From assembly GCA_000388065.2 (NCBI GenBank), contig KB932207.1: 10,497 bases of DNA; one strand, written 5' to 3'. Positions within the stretch are counted from its first letter, which is position 1. Every line of letters starts with the position of its first letter. The translations under genes and the position numbers were made by a program. The notes beneath the pieces were generated by a model, which saw only the letters and a list, made by a program, of their open reading frames with translations, was not told where the DNA came from and did no database searches. Positions 1 through 10,497 of this stretch are shown piece after piece. This DNA is from Fonticula alba ATCC 38817. Its lineage: Eukaryota; Protista; Nucleariida.

Positions 1-2
1 TC

Positions 3-74
3 GGGGTAATAGCTCAGTGGTAGAGCACCCGCTTCGCATGCGGGGGGTCTGGAGTTCAATCCTCCATTGCTCCA
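3..74 (+). tRNA. tRNA-Ala(CGC): tRNA-Ala, anticodon CGC (35-37), copy 1, intronless
   Basis: Full cloverleaf: acceptor GGGGTAA/TTGCTCC with the G3:U70 alanine identity pair and discriminator A; D-stem GCTC/GAGC; anticodon stem CCCGC/GCGGG with loop TTCGCAT; T-arm TGGAG-TTCAATC-CTCCA. Pol III A-box (TAGCTCAGTGG) and B-box (GAGTTCAATCC) present. No encoded CCA, as expected for a eukaryote. Confidence 0.97.
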
Positions 75-77
75 TTC

Positions 78-82
78 TTTTT
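78..82 (+). terminator. Pol III oligo-T terminator of tRNA copy 1
   Basis: TTTTT starting 4 nt after the tRNA 3' end; further T5 runs at 234-238 and 248-252. Confidence 0.75.
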
Positions 83-357
83 GTTGGGCGGGAGCATCCG
101 GGCCCGTCCCCGCCGAGGTCGGGGGGGGGGGCGAGGAGCGAGAGGGGGAAGGCTGGCGGCAGGATCGGGCAGGACGTACACCCCGGCGCAGGGGGCGGGG
201 GGCCCGCTCTCCGTGCAACAGATGATGTTGGCCTTTTTCTTCCGGTCTTTTTCATGCTTCCTGCCGGTGTGGTGTGCAAACTTCCTCGGTCTCGTCGCCG
301 GCCTGGCAACAAAAAATCATCAAGTAGCGCCGAGGCGCCCCCGGTGTCCATGTGGTC

Positions 358-429
358 GGGGTAATAGCTCAGTGGTAGAGCACCCGCTTCGCATGCGGGG
401 GGTCTGGAGTTCAATCCTCCATTGCTCCA
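358..429 (+). tRNA. tRNA-Ala(CGC): tRNA-Ala, anticodon CGC, copy 2, intronless
   Basis: 72/72 nt identical to 3..74 by direct comparison; same cloverleaf. Confidence 0.97.
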
Positions 430-438
430 CATGTTCTC

Positions 439-442
439 TTTT
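439..442 (+). terminator. Probable Pol III oligo-T terminator of tRNA copy 2
   Basis: TTTT in TTCTCTTTT, 10 nt after the tRNA 3' end; weaker than the copy 1 terminator. Confidence 0.55.
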
Positions 443-736
443 GCCGCCCCGTCCCCCGGCAGAGGGGGGCGGGAGAAGTGCGCCTTTTCCTGGTCCCCTG
501 TGTGCTCTCTTTCATTTTCTTTCGCTCTGGGGGGGTCTCTCCCCAGGAGAAGGGGGAGGGGGGCAAGCGGAGGGCAGTCTATTGTGTCAAGGGCTGGGGT
601 TGGGCCACGGGTCGCCGAGAGACGGCTGCCCTGCGGGGTAACACGGTCGGAGCCGGGGGCCGGGGGCCGGGGGCGCGGCCGCGGCAACGGTGTGTCTCGC
701 CCTCTCGTTCGGCGAAGGAGGCGCGCGTGCCAATAC

Positions 737-939
737 TCAGAGCGAACAGGCGTCCGTATCGATGGGCTCGTCATACGAGTAGACACCCTCGGCGATGTGG
801 CGCTCAATATCCTCCACGCGCTTGGGGACACCCGCGGTCAGGTTGGTCACGGTGAAGTCCTGTGTCGACTGGTCGACCTCATCCAGGAAGATGTTGTCCT
901 CGATGCGGACGCCGATACCGCGGAAGCTGATGTGTGTGT

Positions 940-979
<40 letters not shown>

Positions 980-3106
980 ATGTGAGCATACGTGCATGAA
1001 AAGGAGGAAAGGGAAGGTGAAGAAGTGGAGATGCTCTCGCAGGTGTCGGTGGCGGGGAAAAAAGCACCGCCAAAGGAGCGCGTGGCGGGCTCCTGCACGT
1101 ACGCCTCAGGCACGGTGTGGTCATCGTCGCGGAAGTAAAGGCCCGGCTCGATGGTCAGACACATGCCCGGCTGCAGCGGCAGATGCTGGTACTTGGGGGT
1201 GTCGTGCAGATCGAGGCCCAGGAAGTGGCCAATATCATGGGGATAGTACTGCAGGAGCGGAGGGCAGGAGGGCGGGGCGGGGGGGAAAGAAGGCCGAAGG
1301 AAGTCAGTGGGCACATCCAGACAGGGGAATAGGCGGGGCAGTGGCTGCCAGGCAGGAGGAAAACACACCTGGTCAATGTGCCGAGGCGAGATGCCCAGCT
1401 GCACCAGCTGCTCGGACAGCAGCGTGGTCGAGGTTTCCAGGAGATCACGCATCTTCATGCCGGGGGAGATGGACTGCACAGGGAGACGTGTCCTTGTCAT
1501 TAAAACATGTCATGAAGGCAAAAGAGAAGCCGATGCAAGCCTCTGCCGCGTCCTCTCGCCCTTGCCCGAAGCAAGGACACAGGGAAGGAGGACGCGCAGC
1601 GCCAAGGAGGAAGGGCGAGAGAGAGAGAGTCCCCGTACCTCGATGACCTTCTCCTGGACCTCCAGCACCGCCTGGTAGACGTCCAACTGCGGAGAGCCCC
1701 GGACAAAGCGCCCACCCACGGGCCAGGTGCGGGTGATGTCCGACCGGTAGCCGCCAAAGAAGGCGCCGGCATCCATGAGCACCATGTCGGTGTCCTTGAG
1801 AGGCTGGTCATTGCGCACATTGTGGATGACGCACGACCGGCCATTGGCCGCGACCACCGGCACATAGGACAGGGTCTCGCCGCCATTGAGGGCCGCCGAG
1901 TGAAGCATCTGCGTGGCCAGGTGGCGCTCATACAGAGGCCGACCAGCGCGCAGGCGATCCGCACCGAATTTCATGACGTCCCGCATGGCCGCCCCGCCGA
2001 TGAAGCACGCCTCCTCGATCAGGGTCCGCTCCAGGGGATCCTTGTTGACACGCAGACGCTCGATGGCCGGCGAAACATTGAAGAATTGCGGCGCCGGCGA
2101 GAACTTCGTCTCCAGGGACAAGAGCAGGCTCGACACCAGCTCGTAGTTCTTGGCCTGCGGGGACCCGGCACCGCCGGCATGGTCCGGCTGCTGCATGTAC
2201 AGCATGAGGGACTTGAGCCCGCCCGGGGCGTCAGACAGCAGCCGGGTCATGTACGGGATGAACTCCGTCACGGGGAGGGCCTGATCGAAGCCATAATCCT
2301 CGCGCGCGCCCTCCAAACCAATGCGCTCGCCCTCCCAGAGGGTGCTGTTTGCCGAAGGGATGCCCGGCAGGGCAGGGTCAGTACCGGAAGGCCGGGCTGC
2401 CGGCACCCGGCGACATGGGCCCGGCCGGGAAGACGGCCACGCCGGCCAAGAGGCTGGCCCCAAGGAAAAAAAAAGGGGACCAGGGGGAAGGATGCGCACC
2501 TGTGGCTGTCACGCGGCGGCATGAAGGCCGTGGAGGTGAGCTTGCCCTCCTGGGTGAAATCCACCTCCAGTGCCACCAGACAATCCGGCGCAAACATGCC
2601 GGTCAGGTAGAGGAAGGTGGGATCCTGGGAGAAGGGATGGAAAACCGGCCCCGCGCTGTGCATGAGCGAGGAGCCATAGAAAACAATGATGGCCTTGTCG
2701 GTTCCGGGCTGGCGCGACTGATAGAAGTAGTCGGCCACCTGGCTCCGGCGCTTGCCGGCGGCCACGATCCAGGGGCTCAGGAGGGGCTGGGGCACGGCTG
2801 GAAGCCGGGAGGCGTCCCGGCGAGCGAACGGACAAGGGAATTAGTTCCGAGCACGGGGGTGTTCAGCACAGGGAGGAAGTCATGACTGGGCGGAGGAACG
2901 GGGGAGCGGAGGAGCGGAGGGGGCAGGGTGAGAGACACACGGAGAGAGGCACTGCTGGTGATCGAGGCCGCCGGGGCGGGGCCAGCGCCGGGAACACGGC
3001 GCGGCACGGCCGCCGAGGTGGCGGCGTTGGCGATGGCCGGCACCGAGCGCAGCAGCGACCCGGCCATGGCGGCCCGGTGGGAGCCCTGACGGACAATGTT
3101 GAGCAT
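737..3106 (-). CDS. XPNPEP3: Xaa-Pro aminopeptidase 3 / intermediate cleaving peptidase Icp55-like (peptidase M24B) with predicted mitochondrial presequence; 6 exons, 536 aa
   Basis: Exon model complement(join(737..926,1103..1248,1369..1473,1639..2344,2500..2797,2941..3106)) = 1611 nt, all GT-AG, all phases compatible. AMP_N region (VFHPFSQDPTFLYLTG, LWEGERIG) and all five metal ligands of the pita-bread fold are present: VLMDAG, SDITRTWP, PHDIGHFLGLDLHD, TIEPGLY, GVRIEDN. N-terminus is Arg/Ser/Ala-rich with no acidic residues (MLNIVRQGSHRAAMAGSLLRSVPAIANAATSAAVPRR). Orthology to XPNPEP3/ICP55 rather than other PepP paralogues rests on recalled motif similarity, not a search. Confidence 0.9.
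931..976. repeat. (TG)6-TA-(TG)16 microsatellite, read as (CA)n in the pre-mRNA of peptidase intron 5
   Basis: Read directly from sequence; abuts the 3' splice site at 927-928. Confidence 0.98.
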
Positions 3107-3986
3107 TTCGACAGACAAGCAAGAGGAGAGCCAGCCAGGAGGAAGGATGGGGAGAGGGAGTGGCTGGGGAAGTGGTCTACCAGGCCTCGCCGTTGGGGGG
3201 GGTTTAGTGGTGGCCTGGGAAAAAGGCCCTCCCGCGATCGATCCCCGCTCGCCTCCCCCCCCCCCCCCCCCCCCCCCCCCCCGTCCCTCGGCTCTCGGCC
3301 CGCGGGTCACAAGGCATGTGCGCGACGGGCATGCGTGTCCATCGCGGGCCAAGCCATCGGCGACACGTGCCACCGGACGGACGCATCGCGGGCAGCTGGC
3401 GCGCGTGGTCCCAGATGCCACCGGATCGCGGGGGTGGCGCGCCGGTCGTTATGCTGCCAACGCGCGCCCTCTGTTTGCGCCTGGCGCCCGTTGGTGGTGG
3501 AGCCAAAGCACACGCTAGCCAGGCGCGATGTGCGGGAGCCGGGCGATGCTCGGTGTGCGGCGGATTCCCGCCCTCCCCAAGAGGCACGATCATCTTCGGG
3601 TTTCATGGCGGCGGTCGGTAGTCAGCTTCGCCCCCCCCCCCCTCTCCCCTTTGGATGTGTTGCTTTTGCACTGGGCTGCCCCCCGGGCGGCCGGCACAGT
3701 TGTTCTCGAATATGTTCCGCAGGGCGGTTCACCGCGGCCGTTCCCACGCGCCCCCGCCCGTCCTTGGGCCCCCCTTTCCACGTGGCCGCTGTCCTTCGGT
3801 CTCGCTCTCTCTCTTCGATTGCGCCCCCCCCCCCCCAGCCTTTCCGACAACCGACCGGCACATTCGCTCGTCCCTCCTCCCCTCCCCCCTCCCCCCTTCA
3901 CTTTCCCGCTTGCCGCCCTGCCACCTTTGGCTGCCTCTCTCCGGCCCAAGGTCGCTCCGCACCCTTGACCCTGGTGCTGTGCCAAG
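3107..3986. promoter_or_regulatory. Putative bidirectional promoter / 5' UTRs between divergent XPNPEP3-like and SMC5 genes
   Basis: Head-to-head start codons at 3106 (-) and 3987 (+), 880 bp apart; GC/CpG-rich with no TATA seen. Promoter function is inferred from gene geometry only. Confidence 0.6.
3255..3282. repeat. Poly-C homopolymer (C28); shorter runs C12 at 3631-3642 and C13 at 3824-3836
   Basis: Counted from sequence; exact homopolymer length may be affected by sequencing error. Confidence 0.95.
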
Positions 3987-9795
<5,809 letters not shown>

Positions 9796-9913
9796 CTGCC
9801 ACGATCGCAGTGGTAGCGGCCATGGCGGGGTAGTTCCTGTCCTGGACGAGGCACACCGGGTCGGCGGGTGACGTGCGCACACATGACCACGCGCAAATGC
9901 ACATGCATGTGGG

Positions 9914-10497
9914 CTACCTTCCTTTGGATGGCGGCCCGACGGTGTCGGTTTCTATGGTCGTGGCATTCCGCCCGGCCTTCTCGGCCGCTCTGATACACAA
10001 TAGACGCGATCATTGGATTTCATTCCAGCCCCCCCCCCCCCCCCCCCGCACCGCCAGAGGCGTGGTTCAGATGGCAGAGATTCGCAGCACGTCAGCACAT
10101 TCATATGGCCCCTGGAGGGGAAGAAGAGGGGAGGGGGGGGGGAGCGGGAGAAGCGAAGGGGCTGTGCGCACTGGGTGAGTTTCGGTAGGAGATGCAGGAG
10201 CTTAGTCCGAGTGGCACCCTCGCGGCGGGCCAGGTCAGCCTCGCGCTGCCGAAGGAGCGCCATTGCCCGAGCGAGAGTCTGTCAGGGTGGCAGCCCGCCG
10301 CCCTCAGTTGGGTTAGACGGAGGCGGCGAGCAGGGATCACAGGGAAAGGACAAGGGGGAAGAGTTACACAGAAGTGCGCGCGGCACAAGAGCACAGACAC
10401 ACACACACACACACACACGCACCTGCCGATCGAGCTGAGCTATCCGGCCTTCGGCGGGGAGGTCGCCGGTACTGGTAAAGAGGATGCCATCGGCCGC
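9914..10497 (-). CDS. 3' end of an unrecognised spliced gene (5'-truncated by the window edge); helical/coiled-coil-like C-terminus
   Basis: Model complement(join(9914..9989,10172..10278,10423..>10497)). Donors GTGCGT (10422) and GTGCGC (10171) match the local consensus; acceptors CTGACAG and TATCAG; phases compatible. Peptide: AADGILFTSTGDLPAEGRIAQLDRQTLARAMALLRQREADLARREGATRTKLLHLLPKLTQAAEKAGRNATTIETDTVGPPSKGR*. The last exon is less certain than the first two. Confidence 0.65.
10029..10047. repeat. C19 homopolymer (G19 on the minus strand)
   Basis: Counted from sequence. Confidence 0.93.
10397..10418. repeat. (AC)11 microsatellite, read as (GU)11 directly after the 5' splice site of the minus-strand gene
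   Basis: Counted from sequence; follows donor GTGCGT at 10422-10417. Confidence 0.95.

Noticed and set aside
78-315. 9-bp inverted repeat TTTTTGTTG / CAACAAAAA bracketing the tRNA spacer, MITE-like
   Set aside because: Short, low complexity, does not extend, one arm is the Pol III terminator, and no target-site duplication.
3-429. Direct repeat with spacer resembling a CRISPR or LTR pair
   Set aside because: The repeats are complete 72-nt tRNA genes; no cas genes, TG..CA ends or target-site duplication.
737-748. C-terminal -CSL of the peptidase as PTS1 or CaaX signal
   Set aside because: Lacks the basic residue of canonical PTS1, and Cys is at -3 rather than -4; the N-terminus points to mitochondria.
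795-2610. Long plus-strand ORFs 795..1646 and 1822..2610 antisense to the peptidase
   Set aside because: Shadow frames of a GC3-rich gene, crossing its introns and microsatellites; no independent coding signal.
3364-3784. MCB-like ACGCG (3460, 3746, reverse 3402) and CACGTG boxes (3364, 3779) as cell-cycle elements for SMC5
   Set aside because: A few such 5-6-mers are expected by chance in 880 bp of CpG-rich DNA; would need cross-species conservation.

Overview
Eukaryotic, GC-rich, intron-dense genomic DNA (standard genetic code, abundant CpG, fungal-type CTRAC/CTCAC branch motifs; the organism cannot be identified from sequence alone). From left to right: (1) two identical tRNA-Ala(CGC) genes (+) starting 355 bp apart; (2) a complete 6-exon minus-strand gene for a mitochondrial-type Xaa-Pro aminopeptidase (XPNPEP3/Icp55-like, M24B family, 536 aa by my splice model); (3) an 880-bp divergent intergenic region; (4) a complete 16-exon plus-strand SMC5 gene (1122 aa by my model); (5) the 3' end of an unrecognised minus-strand spliced gene converging on SMC5. 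I derived all exon boundaries by hand from GT/AG sites, reading-frame continuity and recalled family motifs. Every junction keeps the frame, but none is confirmed by RNA data. I see no mobile element, CRISPR array or clearly novel multi-gene system. The most unusual signal is the splicing code across the 22 modelled introns: 21/22 donors have a pyrimidine at +4 (GTGCGT is the commonest), 5/22 acceptors are AAG, branch-like motifs often lie 40-100 nt upstream of the acceptor, and two acceptors are preceded by A15 or (CA)n instead of a pyrimidine tract.
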